Positions 1 through 18,922 of a DNA stretch of 64,000 bases are shown here, piece by piece; within the stretch, counting starts at the first letter, position 1, and every line of letters begins with the position of its first letter. The DNA is from the human T2T-CHM13v2.0 reference genome, Homo sapiens: the NCBI RefSeq assembly GCF_009914755.1, contig NC_060940.1; one strand, written 5' to 3'. The notes beneath the pieces are model-generated. The model was given only the letters and a program-made list of their open reading frames with translations. It did no database searches and was not told the origin of the DNA. Made by a program: the position numbers and the translations under genes.

Positions 1-100
1 TTCACAAAAAAAGTGCTACAACTAAAAATGAGGTTAATAAAGTTGCAGGACATAATGTACAAAACTCAATTGTATTTCTATATACCATCAATAAAAAGCT
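1..100 (+). mobile_element. Old L1M (L1ME-like) ORF2 fragment, left part of a host element interrupted by a younger L1MA
   Basis: Resembles L1 ORF2 'aaagttgcagga...aattgtatttctatatacca'; its natural continuation ('gctggaaattgaaatt...aaatacatagg') appears at ~3070. Confidence 0.6.
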
Positions 101-5100
<5,000 letters not shown>

Positions 5101-5252
5101 AACAGATACAGCAATTATTTTAGTGCCAGAATTCTTAAAATACCACCATACAAACAAAGTGGATTGATGAATCAGAACAAAGACGTAGATAGACTAATAT
5201 TGATGATTCAGAATAAAGAGGTGGATGGACTACTTATTGACTGATTGACTGA

Positions 5253-5515
5253 TTGAGACATTGGTCTCATTATGTTGACCAGACTGGTCTTGAACTCCTG
5301 GGCTCAAGGAATCCTCCTGTCTCAGCCTCCTTAATAGCTGGGCCTCAGGCAGGCACCACCATACCTACTTTTTTTTTTTCTTTTTTTTTTTCCTTTTTTA
5401 CAAACAGGGTATGTCTGTGTTGCCCAGGCTGGTCTTGAACTCCTGGGCTCAAGGGATCCTCTCTCCTTAGCCTCCTGAGTAGCTAGGAACACAGGCACCA
5501 GCCAAGGCACCCTGC
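5253..5515 (-). mobile_element. Two tandem FLAM (free left Alu monomer)-like elements
   Basis: Both 5253-5367 and 5369-5515 contain the left-arm motif 'ggtcttgaactcctgggctcaag'; a T-tract separates them. Confidence 0.7.
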
Positions 5516-5647
5516 TGCATGGATTAATTTAAACGACCAGTTTTAGCATAATTTATTTATTCTGGGTAGTGGAGTCTAAGTGCCTAAGTATTAAGTAATC
5601 AGTCTGATCACCTTCTGCCTTTTTACATCGGTTCTTCTTGTTAATGT

Positions 5648-5990
5648 GCATTCATTCACTAACTACTGAGCACCAACTGATAACCAGCAGTCTTCTAATA
5701 AAGTATTTTAAAAACATGAAGTCTCTATTTCATGGGACTTGCATTCTAGTGAGTGAGACAGATGATTAAAACGCAAAATGAATCGATAATTACCCTTAAG
5801 TGGATAATCATTTTGTGTACCTACTATGTATTAGACAATGGAAAGGAGAGGTGAACAAGCTAGGGTTCCTGTCGCCTTGGGAATGTAATGCCCAAGCTAA
5901 GAGATGGACATCAAAGAAGTGATTATAATAAAGTGTATGCCATGGGACTGCATACTGGGGAAGCAATTTTCAAAGGGGTCATCTTAGACA
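5648..5990 (-). mobile_element. L2 fragments
   Basis: 'cattcattcac...ctgagcacc', 'gacttgcattctagtg', 'cctactatgt' resemble the reverse-complemented L2 3' end. Confidence 0.55.
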
Positions 5991-6959
5991 GCCAGAGAAA
6001 ATGAGGTGGAAGCTGACATTTTTGCTCTCCTGAGTAGCTATTTTGCAGCTATGTTTCCTAAAGTTTGAGGGTTATATTTAGGATAGGCCTCCAGATGGTC
6101 CTATGTGATCAAATTACAATCTGACTTCTCTGAAGTACCAAAAAATAAAGTATAGATAATGTATAAAACACCAGACACCCAGCCCCAGCAATACAGAAGA
6201 TAATAGGTCACTGTGGCCAAGAAATATTTAAATTGTGATCAGAGTATATTTTAGTCATTCCTAAATAGATGAAATATCTAGTCCCCAAAACTTTCTATTT
6301 TCATATCTTTAGAACATGTGTCTATTTTTAGCTTCATTATCATAGTACATAAAGGTCAATTAGCAGAAGCATTAAATTCTGAGTAATGCCAATGTCTACC
6401 TACTAAGAGAGAATGAATTCTTTAAACACAGCAAGGAAAGAATGCGCACACATCAAAGGCGCTATACAGAGGGCATAACTCTCAGAGGTGCTTAAATTCT
6501 AAATCAAATCACCTTTCATATGTCAGCAAACATCTGAAACACGCACTCCATCAGTCAATATCAGATTTTCTGTGGTCAGAATCGTCTCCTTTTGAGTCCT
6601 TACTCAGGAAGAAACACAGAGTTTTTAGCATGAACATCAATAGTACTTCATGAGATAACATAAAAGGATAAATCAATTATTTTTTTCTACAGGGCAAAGT
6701 GGTCTTACAGGAAATTTGCTGTCAGTTTCATCCTATGAGACCAAGTCTTCACTAGAAAGTCAAATAAAGTCAACGACAGAAGCAAATAAGCATTCTTCTA
6801 ATCACCTGGCTTTGGGAATAAGAGCAATTTCAGTGGTGCCAGAAGAGTAACTAGGGTTTTTTCTATCAGAAATATTTTTTATATCTTGTCCTTGAACTTT
6901 ATCAGGTACCAAACCAAATTTTCATATATTTGGCATCCCAAATAGGCCATCAAGAAACC

Positions 6960-7270
6960 AGAATATTTGAGCTGGAAAGAGTTTGAAAGCGTCTAACCCA
7001 ACCTCTTCAATTTACAGATGAGAAGACCGAAGCCTAGAAAGGGAGTCCAAGGTTTCTCTAATATCTCATTTTTATTCGTTCAATAAATATCTACAATATC
7101 CTATGCATGTGTCATTTAATTTCCATAACATCATTGGGACAGGAGTTATGCTAATATTTAGATGGGGGGAAAAGATGAGACTATGAAGTCTTGAAAGTTG
7201 TCGGAGTTATTAAGTGACAGAACTGGACTTCAAACCTACATCTTAAGAGACTCCCAGGCCAGTCATCTCT
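6960..7270 (-). mobile_element. MIR fragments
   Basis: 'tttacagatgagaagaccgaagcctagaaaggg' and 'aagtgacagaactggacttcaaacc' MIR core. Confidence 0.55.
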
Positions 7271-7709
7271 CTAATTTGACTCTGGCTGATGTCAGAAATG
7301 TTACAACCCATAGCTCTAGTGTTTAAACTTTTTCTCTCAGTAAAGCAAAAGGACTTGACAAAACTGCAACTATTTAGATTATTTTTTGCCACAACAAATT
7401 CTAAAATTTCCTTTGCTTACCAGTAGCCTCTGGCTAGGGTCTAGGGCTGTGGGTAATAATGCCGTTGTTGTGCCTTCAAACTCTTGGCTATGACCTTCTT
7501 TAGATGGGTTCTTACTGTGACCCCATTCCAGTACTTGCAGAATTGGAATAAATAAAGCATGGACAGTGTTCTTGGAGGAAAAGTTTAAACTTAAAGGATG
7601 CAGCTGGTTAGAGGTTGTTCCTGGGAAAAGGGTTATTGTATCTGAGGTCCCATCAGCCTCGCAAATACATCAGATCCTCAGAGGACCAGTCACCCACTAT
7701 GAGTAAGAT

Positions 7710-8255
7710 GTCCACAGCGACCTTTCTAAAATGCATATCTGATCATCTCTCTCCTCTCTTCTCTTTAGCCCTCTGGATAAAGTCCTCACTCATTAATAGG
7801 GCTCGCAAAGCTTTTGAGATATGGGCCATCTTTCTCCATCTCCATTCTTCCAGGACAATCTGACCACCACTCTGCTTTCTTCATACACGCATACCCACTT
7901 TCCATTTTCAGCCTCCCTAAACTTCCCTCTCACCTCCAGATCCGTGCACAAGCTCTTCAGCCGGTGAAACTCCCCTCAACCTTCAGGCCTCTGCTCAGAT
8001 GTAAAACTCTCTGAGAAGACTTTCCTGTGGCCTCAAAACTGTAGGCAATGTCCCTAGACTGGACCTCCTGCTCTCTCCACTTCATAGCCTTATCACAACA
8101 AAAGGGAATCACCTGTTTAATTTTGTCTATTCACCACTATATTGTAAGCTCCCAATGCACCACTGTACTCAATGCCAGGCTTACTGACTGGCACACAGGA
8201 GACATATAATAATTATGTAACAAGAATAAATGCATGAATGAATGAATAAATGGAT
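7710..8255 (+). mobile_element. L2 3' fragment
   Basis: 'ctttctaaaatgcatatctgatca' ... 'tgtaagctcc' ... 'tggcacacagg...gaatgaatgaat'. Confidence 0.7.
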
Positions 8256-9381
8256 AAGTAATGTTATGACTTGGTCTATAAGAGTTATTATACTAAAGTT
8301 GCTTCAATTGAAAACAGCAAAAGATAATTAGAAGTTTAGATTTTTTTTCAAGTGATTTTTTGGAGAGGTCATGGGGTCAGCCTAATTCCGTGATCTGTAA
8401 ACAAGACACCGCACAGAGGATGCACTGAATGCATATTCACCGTCTACATGTGAGAGGCTCCAGGACAATCCAGCTCTAAAGGATCATCCACCAACAAAGA
8501 GGTGACTCTAAAAGCAAACATACAACGTCTGCTACAGAATGTATTCCTCATTGATACTTAAATGGAACCTGAGAGAGACAGAGGTTTAATGAACAAAGAC
8601 TCCAGAGGAGGGAGCCTGTCCCTGGGTAAAATGAAATCACTCCCGATTACCTGCGATCTACAGCAGTCATGAGCTCCTGTACACAATTTAAAGGTTATCT
8701 TGTAATTTAGAAAGAAAAAAAAATTGCCAATTGAACCTAATGGCAAGTGACACTTGGGCTCAGCCACGATTAGAATCAGGCAGCTTTCCTCGGGTGGTTT
8801 AGTAGCAGCGGCTTCCCTGTGTTCACAGAGGGTTAATTCTGTGATCCTTGGGGACACCTTAATGGCCCTGGTTATCCAAACCTTGATTCAGAGCAGAGGC
8901 CACAGATTATGTTTTCTCTGCACATCAACAGACATATTAGGACATGAAGTGAAGATGACAGGTGGAGAATATTTCCTTTCTCCTCGGAAATGCCCCAGGA
9001 GAGTTTTCTATGGCGACCTCCTCAGACCCTGGCTTTGCATTAGAGTTATTGTCCTGAGAGAAGATTCAGTTAGAGCCTCTGATTCATTTCTTATAGTGCT
9101 CTCTTGTTTATTCTTGGTGGCAGCTAACTTGTAAAATTTTATTATGTTTTTTTTTTCTTGGTTTGTGTCATGGAAGAGCTAAAAAACAAACAAACGATGA
9201 TTCTATCATCAGTTCTAAATGCAGCTGTATAAATCCACACCAAGGCTGGATGTCTACAGGGGAAATGCAAGATAACAGCTTGTTCTCTTCCAAGTGGTCG
9301 TTCTCTGGGTTTAGATTTTGTGTTTCTAACAGCCCAGAAGACAAAGGGAGTGAGGGAGGAAAGCATAAGGCTTGTGGGTAC

Positions 9382-9436
9382 TATTGGTATAGTGGTCATT
9401 GGTATATTGGATATATTGGTATATTGGTATATTGGA
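9382..9436. repeat. Short tandem repeat of ~8-9 bp (ATATTGGT)n
   Basis: Direct reading: tattggtata gtggt cattggta tattgga tatattggta tattggta tattgga. Confidence 0.8.
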
Positions 9437-9851
9437 TTTCAAATTCTATCCTCTGTCTACACTGGTATTAGGGTGATCCTTATCAAGCACAGTATGATCC
9501 AATCACCACCACTAATCAGTGATTCACCAAAATGACCATGGCTTGCTGTAATTGCCACATTGAGGGCTTTCCAGATTCTGCTGCCCGGAGCTTCAAACTA
9601 TGTATGCCAACTATACTAAATACACAGTATCCATCATAGATTCACTTTTTCAAGACTCTATGCCCTGCTTGTACTTTTCTGTTAGAACACTGTTTATTTT
9701 CTCCCTCCATCCTTTTTTCCCTAACTGCTACTTATTTGTCCAGATTTAACTCAGATGTCATCTCTACCAAGCTGGTTCAACAACACCCTACTGAAATTAA
9801 TCAATCTACTGAAATAACCCATTATATTTACTGTTTGTCAAAACTACTGTC

Positions 9852-10166
<315 letters not shown>

Positions 10167-10339
10167 CTACCCTCTACATGAGCATTCAGACCATGATATA
10201 TTCATCTTTATATTTCCAAAGCCTAGCACAGTGCTTGGTACATGATGGATATTCAAAACACCTTCACTGAACTGTTCATGCTTTAACCTAGAGGCCATTA
10301 TCTCCAAGACAGGATACTCTTCAAAGCTTGGTGGGTATT

Positions 10340-10552
10340 CCCTTATTTGCTCATGTAGCAGACTATTTAATCTCACTTGTAACATTAATTAGCATTTCTT
10401 TAAATTTGTCTATCTTTCCCTCTGGATCAGAAGCTTCTCAAGGGCAGAAAGTACATCCTCTTTGTTCACCAGGGCATGCCTGGAGCCACGTACAGTGCCT
10501 AGAACAAGATACGTGTTTAGTAGAAACCTGCTGAATAAATAAATGAATGAAC
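10340..10552 (+). mobile_element. L2 3' fragment
   Basis: 'aagcttctcaagggcag...cagtgcctagaac...gctgaataaataaatgaatgaa'. Confidence 0.65.
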
Positions 10553-12362
10553 AAGGTATACAGACAAAAGGCCTCCTTCACAACGACCCTCTGGAGTTCA
10601 ACAGTTTGAAGTGCCTTGATTGTCCCTTAAAAGGTGAAAAGAAGGAGGAAGAGGAAAAAGATTAAAGTTAATGAACATAAATAAGAGGAAAGAAAGGAAA
10701 CCGTTATCTTTAACTGACTATGCACAGACCCTGTGCTGGCCATTTGGTGTGTGTGACTTCACTTAACCTCTGCAAGTCTCTGTGGTAGAAAATGGATTCT
10801 GCTTCTGTTTAGAAGTGATGAGAAAGGCCCAGGAAAGCAGAGCATGGGGTCGGCATGGGAAGGAAACGCTGAAAAAGGATTTAGTGAGTGCAGACAAGTC
10901 TTTTGTCCTGGAGATGTTTTCACCAGCCCTTGGTATTTTATTGCCCTCCCCCTCTTCCCTGCGTCTCTCAGATGCTGAGGACAACTAATAACCACCAAGA
11001 AAGTCAGATGGTTCCCCATTATATCCATACAAGTTCAAATTTCCATTAACTCCACAAGGTTTTGCTGTTTCTACTGACTATTTCATCTTGCCCCCCATTT
11101 CCCAGCATTCTCGGATCTAAAATATGCATCAGGAACTCTAGCGTCTCAGTAACGGTAAGCTGTAGTCATGCATTTCATCAACAAGAAGCCACAATTTTAT
11201 ATTCACTGGCTAATGATGCTGTCAATCAGTTTTCCTCCTATCCTGCCAAAATCCTGACTGCCTGTTTGCATGACCTTCTCAGTGTGTTTATACACTTTGG
11301 GAATACTCCCATTGAGATTTCTTCATGGCTTCAACACATCTTCAATTCCCTTAGAATTGGGCAGCCAAGTCCCTCCCTTCTGGGATCAGTAATCTGGATT
11401 TCCATTAGCTGGGTTGGTGTTCCTTAATCTGAAATTCCTGACTAAAACACCAGGTCTTGGACAATTTCCCAAATGTAGTAGAAGATGAATTCCCTTCTCC
11501 TTCTATGCATCTATTCATCTTCTATGCAACCAGGACCTTTCGTATCTCTTCTTGTTAAAGAACGGCTCTCTGTTCCCTTTGAGTGCTCCCTTTCCTACCT
11601 TTTGTACCACATTCCTGAATCATTGTAAACTCCCACCAGGTCAACAGTGGGACTAAGAAATGATGAAGATCATAGTCCCTGGATGACAATGTGGACTTGG
11701 ATTTCACTGCAGACACTGTACGGGTAGCTGGAGCAGTTGGTATGTCTGTCAAATGTGCAAGAAACTCATAATGGTAAATTACGCTGTTCCTAGGCTCACA
11801 CATCCGAGGGCTGCAGAGAAAATGAGAGGTTCCCAGAAAGCTTCTACTCTCTGCCTTAGGGATCATATAAATCTCACATTTGAGAGTGGGCTTGAGAAGT
11901 CAAGGGCATCATTACTATGTCATCTTATTCTGCAGTTTTGAGGCCAATGAAATAATGTAAATAGCAGATTGTGTCCATGATGCAAAAGATGTTCACAGAA
12001 TCAAGTAAGACACATTTCACTCTCTAGATAAGTGATATAGCACAGACCAGCATGTGAGAGATTTTCAGTTTAAATACAGCTCAGACTCCATTATTTATCA
12101 TTATTAATAATTTGAATTATTTTTAATGAAGATAATCATCTTATGTTCATCACAAATTAATTTGAATAATCTACAACCCACTCACCCCAAATCTCCTCCT
12201 CAGCCTAAATCTCAATTAATGCTCCCAGAACTCTAAACCAGAACCTTAGAATTATCTCTGACATCTGAATCTTCTTCTTGCCTCTCTTTCTCTTTCTCTC
12301 ACCTCTATTAAAAAGTCTCTCCAGTCCACTTTTTATTTATCTCCACTGGCATTTCCTTTGTC

Positions 12363-12590
12363 CAGTGATTCTCAACATTTTTAACATTATCATCTTCCTA
12401 AAACGCCTTTTAACACATTTTTTCTCATCTCTTCCAATGAAATTTTAATGTCACAGATAAACACTGTGTATCTGGTAATGCACTGTGTGTATAACTGTGC
12501 TTTACACATTTAAAAGCTAAACTTGTTATCACCCCTCAAGAACCAAATTTTGCTACCCCTGGGGTGATACCACTCTGTTGAGAAGATATG
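12363..12590. mobile_element. hAT-Charlie-type non-autonomous DNA transposon
   Basis: Imperfect TIRs cagtgattctcaac / gttgagaagatatg; 8-bp TSD cctttgtc (12355-12362) / cctttatc (12591-12598). Confidence 0.7.
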
Positions 12591-12958
12591 CCTTTATCAA
12601 GTTCACTGTCATCTTACTCTTGCTCAGCCCCATGCCATCAACCCAACCCTAGCAACGTCGGGCTCCAAAGTGCTCAGCAACTTCTCTGCACATTCCCGTA
12701 GCTTACTGTGTCCTGCTGTCCTTATGGCCTGCTTTGCTGTGGTCTGCCACACCATGAAAAAAAACTTCTGTATACTCCCTGAACCACAGGATACCTGTAG
12801 GTTTTTGAAGATTTGAGGTTCTTGCCCGAAGAAAAAAATATTTTACATAGGTAACCTCCACTCCCTGCCCCCTTCTTCATTACTCTCTCTTCCCCATCTT
12901 GTTCCAGTACAAGTAAAACATTTCTCTCCTCACCTAGCTCATATAGATCCTCTCATAA

Positions 12959-13371
<413 letters not shown>

Positions 13372-13399
13372 CTGCCTCCAATGTCTTACACCTGTGCTT

Positions 13400-13960
13400 C
13401 TGCAATAATCTCCTTGTAGCTCTCCTTATATTTCTGACATCCCCTTTCTAAAATATGCATATCATTATTATACTCTAGTAGCCAAGATGCTCTTTCTAAA
13501 ATAAAATCTTATCATTTTCCTCTTCTTTCAAAAATTATTGAATGGCCACTCTTTGCCAATAGGAGAAGAAAGTTTAATGATAATAATGATGATGATGATA
13601 ATAGCATCATATACAAAAACTATCAGGATATGGCTGCTATTGTCTTCTTATCCCCATTGCTCATCATACTCTGTTCTTTTTCCAGTTTTCTGTACACCCA
13701 TATTTTTTAGGTTCCATCTGTATTTTCAGGAAATCTCTTCTTCATCCTTCAAAACCCAGCTTATTTGGAACCATAAACTGGGCAAAGGTCCCAAACTCTG
13801 TGCTTATATGGCCTTCCAAGTAAACTTTTATATTAACAGTCATTATGATACATAATAATTGATACTATCTATAGTTTCTTCTGCCAGGCAGAGTTTATCT
13901 AAATACCTAGTGCTTGGCATACAGTGGCCACTCATTAATTATTTGTTGAATTGAATTGCA
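13400..13960 (+). mobile_element. L2 fragment
   Basis: 'ctctttctaaaataaaatcttatca' ... 'cctagtgcttggcatacagtggccactcattaattatttgttgaattgaa'. Confidence 0.6.
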
Positions 13961-14944
13961 CTGTTTTACAAGGATGCATGATCTAAAAAGAGTGCAATTG
14001 ATTAAGAATCCGACAGATCTTTAAAGACAAAGATGAAGGTCTTTGAGAACCATGATCTCACAAGCATGGCTTCCAGATACATGCAGGTGGGAGAGAAGCT
14101 CTTTCCATTAGGAGTAGAAGCCCTTCTCCTGCCCTGTGGCTGCTGTAAAGCCCAGAACACCAAACTGCCATAGCATAATGACAGATGAAAGCTGCAAAAT
14201 TAAATTCAAGCTCATCTTGCAATTTTGTGTTTAGCCTTCTGTTGCCAACTAGGAGGTGCTTACACAACAGCTTAAGGGTTTACCACTAATGCCTTCCTTA
14301 AGACAGTATTGTTTGCTGGCAGTCAAATCTCCACACTAAATTGCTGGTTGTGGTGGTGGCTGTGTTAGATAGGGAAAAGTCACAAAAAAAAAAAACCAAT
14401 GGGATTAATCTTTCAGCTGTAATCCATTGTTGCTGGGTGGGAACAATGACTTTTGAGTTTCATTATGGCTCCAAATGAAATGGATGGAAACATCCCCCTC
14501 CATAGTCTATATTATGAGCCTTCATTTGGGGTTTCTTATAATGTAGGCTTATTCTCTCTCCTCTGAACTTGACCATGTTCATTCCTCAAGGTCAGGAGAA
14601 AGGGGATTTCATATCTTTCCCTGGTTCATCTCCAGATCTCAAGTTTACATTTGATTTCACGAAAGAGAACTATCTCACCAAAATCAGTATTAGTGTGAAT
14701 TGTAGTTGACTTTGACACTTTCCTCAAATTTTGCTGACAATTTCTACCTAAACTGTGATTCTAAAAAAAAAAAAAATCTTAATAGATGGATTGTGTTAAT
14801 GAAGTGGGAACAAATTGGACTGGTTAAGGCTAGGGAGGAATTTTGCTTTAATCTGTCTGGGAAAGAGATGAATGCCATGTGGTCAAAAAGAGGGCCCTGG
14901 AATCAGTTTGATCTGAGTCTATAATTCATGCTTTTGCAAGTTCA

Positions 14945-15580
14945 TTTTTTCAAGTAGACTTTTTACTGAAGTCTAACATATATAAAGTAATATCCCAAAT
15001 TATAAGTGTGCAGCTAGATGAGTCTTCACAAACTGAACACAGCCATATAACTATTACGTTGGTACAAAATTAATTGCAGTTTTTGTAATTGCCATTACTT
15101 TCAATGGCAAAAATGCAGTTACTTTTGCGCCAATTGCACCCAGATAAATGAACATTACAATAAACACAGGAGCTCTGTTCATGTAACCTTGGTCACTACC
15201 AAGCCTCAATGTAACAATTATCCTGACTTCTATCACCCTGCATTAATTTTGCTTGCTTTGTTGTACAATCATACAACATGAACTATTTTGTGGCTGCTTT
15301 CCTTTACTCAAATATTTGTGAGATTCATCCATGTTTGTATACAGCTATAATTCATTCATTCTCAGTAATGTATAGTATTCCATTGGGTTAACATACCACA
15401 ATCATTTTATCTATTCAATTGTTGATAGATATTGAATTGTTTTCACATTAGGGCTATTACAAAGAGGTCTTCTATGAGCATTCCATGAACATGCCTTTGG
15501 GTGAACACGTTATGTGTTTCTGAAAAAGTACCTAAGAGTGAAACTGCTAAGTCACAGAGTAACTTATGTTCACCTTTTCC
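14945..15580 (-). mobile_element. L1ME-like 3' end
   Basis: 'ttttactgaagtctaacata...gagattcatccatg...tagtattccattg...gctattac' typical of a reverse L1M 3' UTR. Confidence 0.75.
15052..15133. mobile_element. MADE1 mariner (Hsmar1-derived) MITE, right TIR clipped
   Basis: Palindromic 'tattacgttggtacaaaattaattgcagttttt...gccatt actttc aatggc aaaaatgcagttacttttgcgccaa' matches the MADE1 layout. Confidence 0.85.
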
Positions 15581-15718
15581 CGACCTCAATTTCAAATTTA
15601 CCCTTCCTACTCTTCTTGGGTGACATTAAATAAGTCACTTACGATTCTCAAGCCTATTTCTCCATCAGTGAATGGACAGAGTTCGTGTTAAAAAGTTGTT
15701 TTAAATATAAAATCAAGT

Positions 15719-15977
15719 GGCCAGGCACAGGGGCTCACGCTTGTAATCCCAGTACTTTGGGAGGCCAAGGCATGCGGATCACAAGGTCAAGAGATTGAGA
15801 CCATCCTGGCTAACATGGTGAAAGTCCGTCTCTCCTAAAAATACAAAAAATTAGCTAGTTGTGGTGGCACGTGCCTGTAGTCCCAGCTACTCGAGAGGCT
15901 GAGGCAGGAGAATAGCCTGAACCAAGGAGGCGGAAGTTGCAGTGAGCCAAGATTGTGCCACCGCACTCCAGCCTGGC

Positions 15978-16009
<32 letters not shown>
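15719..16009 (+). mobile_element. AluSc with its 3' end replaced by (CAA)11, inserted in a MIR
   Basis: 'gtcaagagattgagaccatcctgg', 'gcctggc'; (CAA)11 at 15977-16009; MIR sequence at ~15590-15718 resumes after 16886. Confidence 0.85.
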
Positions 16010-16880
16010 ATATATATATACACACACACACACATATATATATATACACACATATATATACACACACACACACATATATATATACACACATATATATACA
16101 CACACACATATATATACACACACACATATATATATACACACATATATATACACACACATATATATACACACACACACATATATATATACACACATATATA
16201 TACACACACATATATATATACACACACACACATATATATACACACACACATATATATACACACACACACATATATATACACACATATATATACACACACA
16301 CACACATATATATACACACATATATATACACACACACATATATATACACACACACACACATATATATATACACACATATATATACACACACACACATATA
16401 TATACACACACACACATATATACACACACACACATATATATACACACACATATATATACACACACACATATATACACACACACACATATATATACACACA
16501 TATATATACACACACATATATATATACACACACACATATATATATACACACACATATATACACACACACACATATATATATACACACACATATATATACA
16601 CACACACATATATATATACACACATATATATACACACACATATATATATATACACACACACACATATATATATACACACACATATATACACACACACACA
16701 TATATATACACACACACACATATATATATACACACATATATATACACACACACATATATATATACACACACACACATATATATACACACACATATATATA
16801 CACACACACACATATATATATACACACATATATATACACACACATATATATATATACACACACACACACATATATATATA
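16010..16880. repeat. ~870-bp compound (TA)n(CA)n microsatellite / VNTR
   Basis: Uninterrupted (C/T)A dinucleotide alternation in blocks of a few TA then a few CA. Confidence 0.98.
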
Positions 16881-16959
16881 TTTTTTCAAGTAACTTAAAG
16901 CATCTGGCACAGTTCTGATGTATAAGTAATATTTGTCCCAAAGATGTTTAGTGCTCACT

Positions 16960-17319
16960 GAATAATCTACATGCTCCCCTATCTTTCCTGTCCTTTGTGA
17001 AGATCGACTGGGACATATGCCATGAGTTTTGGTCGATGGGATGTGAATGGAAACGAGCTGTGCTGCTTCTGGGCCATGAAGCCACCCATTCAGTTCTCTC
17101 TTCTCTGCTTCAGAGCCCTGGCAAGCAAGTGTTGAAGCAGCGGCATCACAAGAGGATGGGGTTCTCCAGGGTCCCCGAGGAACTGTATGGAGCAGAAACT
17201 TTGCCAACTGGCATCAACATGTTATATAAACAAGACAGAAATTTTTGCAGTGTTGAGTCACTGGAATTTCTAGGTTACATTATTACTGCAGCATACCATA
17301 GACTATCTGGAAAAATACA
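16960..17319 (+). mobile_element. MaLR LTR (MLT1J/I-like)
   Basis: 3' end 'ttgagtcactggaatttctaggttacattattactgcagcata...aataca'. Confidence 0.6.
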
Positions 17320-18299
17320 ATAATCAAAGGATGAGATATGGCTCCACCCCAATGAAACCACTAGAATTTCCCTTCAAAGAGTGGTATGACTCAGGTTCAA
17401 CACAGACATCACATATTACTTCATTTCTGAATGACAACGAAATCTTTTCTTACACTAAAGAGGAAAATTTGAAAGTGATCTTTTGCTGGAACGTGTTAAT
17501 TGAAGAATCTCTCTTCTCTGTTAAGAAACCAGATTGTAATTCCAAAACTGTGTCTGATGTGCCCCAAACATAGCATTGCCGTCTAAAGAGAAGGCCCTTG
17601 GTGATTATTAGTTTAAAAAAATAAAATTCTCTCCCACCAGGTTCAAAGCCAGCCTCATTCTTTTGTTCCTGTAAAGACTTTCTTTCTTTATGTTCCCTGG
17701 TGTCTATATGGCCTATGAGCTTTCTCCTAATGATTAAACTCCTAAAAATACTACGAAGCATGCTTAATAAGGCTTTTGTGTTTTTCTGGTTGCTATAGAG
17801 ACTATTTAGCATAGGACTTTAAGTACGTGTAAATATGTATTTTGGGTAGTGTTCAAAGACACGTATAATTTACTCAGCCATAACAGCTACTTCAGAGTGT
17901 TGCAGTTCAGTATGATAAGGCATATGTAAAGCATTTTATAGTGTGTTATTTATAATTATTTGCTTAACAGCCTACAACAGCTTCTTCCATTGTGTAAAGG
18001 AAACAGGCATTTACCCTGTTTTAACAATGAATATCATTTACTCCATTGTAGCAATTGATAGACTTGGGCACCATGCAGGCTGGTAAATATGCAATTGGTA
18101 TAATGTTGATGCAGGACAGAAACCATGTTGACAGAGAGTTACTAGGAAAACAAAGGGTCCTGCTGCTGAAGACTTGAGCTCATTAGAGAAGTTGTTAACT
18201 GAGCTACTCTGGCAGGAGAGGAAACCCCTGGAAAGAGGCCACTATCTGCTTTGAAGTCCCCCCCAGGGACGTACCCATGAGTGAAACAACAGAGATAAT

Positions 18300-18560
18300 G
18301 GCAACAACAACTAATAGTTATTAAGTACACTTGACTATGGACCGCAGGCATGGTGCTAAGTGCTTCACATTCATGATCTCATTTAATCCTCTCAACACCA
18401 TAACCCTATGAAATGAGTACTGCCATTATCTTCACTTGTTGCATAAGGAAATTGAGTCAGTGAGGTTACACAACTTGCTCAAGATCATCACAGGAAGATG
18501 GTGGATCCAGGAGTCAAATCCCGTACATATTCCTCCAAAGCTTGTGCTTTAAATTAAGTG
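18300..18560 (-). mobile_element. MIR
   Basis: 'ggtgctaagtgcttcacat...atctcatttaatcctc...aaggaaattgag...aacttgctcaagatca'. Confidence 0.8.
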
Positions 18561-18922
18561 TTGCTCCACATCACTGATGTTCCATCAGGGATTTCTTGAG
18601 CTACATCAAGCTTTCTCAGCAATATATCCACTAGACCTGCAGCACACACATTTTCCAAGCACAATGAGTTTTGGGCAATGTTCACTTCTACTATCTAAAG
18701 AAAAAGACGAGATCTCCACTGTTCAGATACCTTACACATGTCATCTTTTAAGCCTCACGCATCTTCAGCTCATAGACTTCATCACCCATTTTGTTCAGAC
18801 GAGGAACTAACTCTCAGGACAGTCCTGTCTAACATGACACAGTATGCATGTAAAAGAGCCAGTACTCAATACCAGATCAGGTATAATTCAAAAACCCTTC
18901 TCATTATTAAAAAGCACAGATA

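Noticed and set aside
8250-9350. Non-repetitive stretch with short ORFs (8558-8857, 8754-9134) as possible exons
   Set aside because: No recognisable protein similarity or convincing splice-site pair; it may be conserved non-coding DNA but I cannot show that from sequence alone
15835-17207. Six overlapping 312-450 aa ORFs (YIYVCV / THIYTH repeats)
   Set aside because: Artefact of a stop-free dinucleotide array plus Alu sequence; no gene structure
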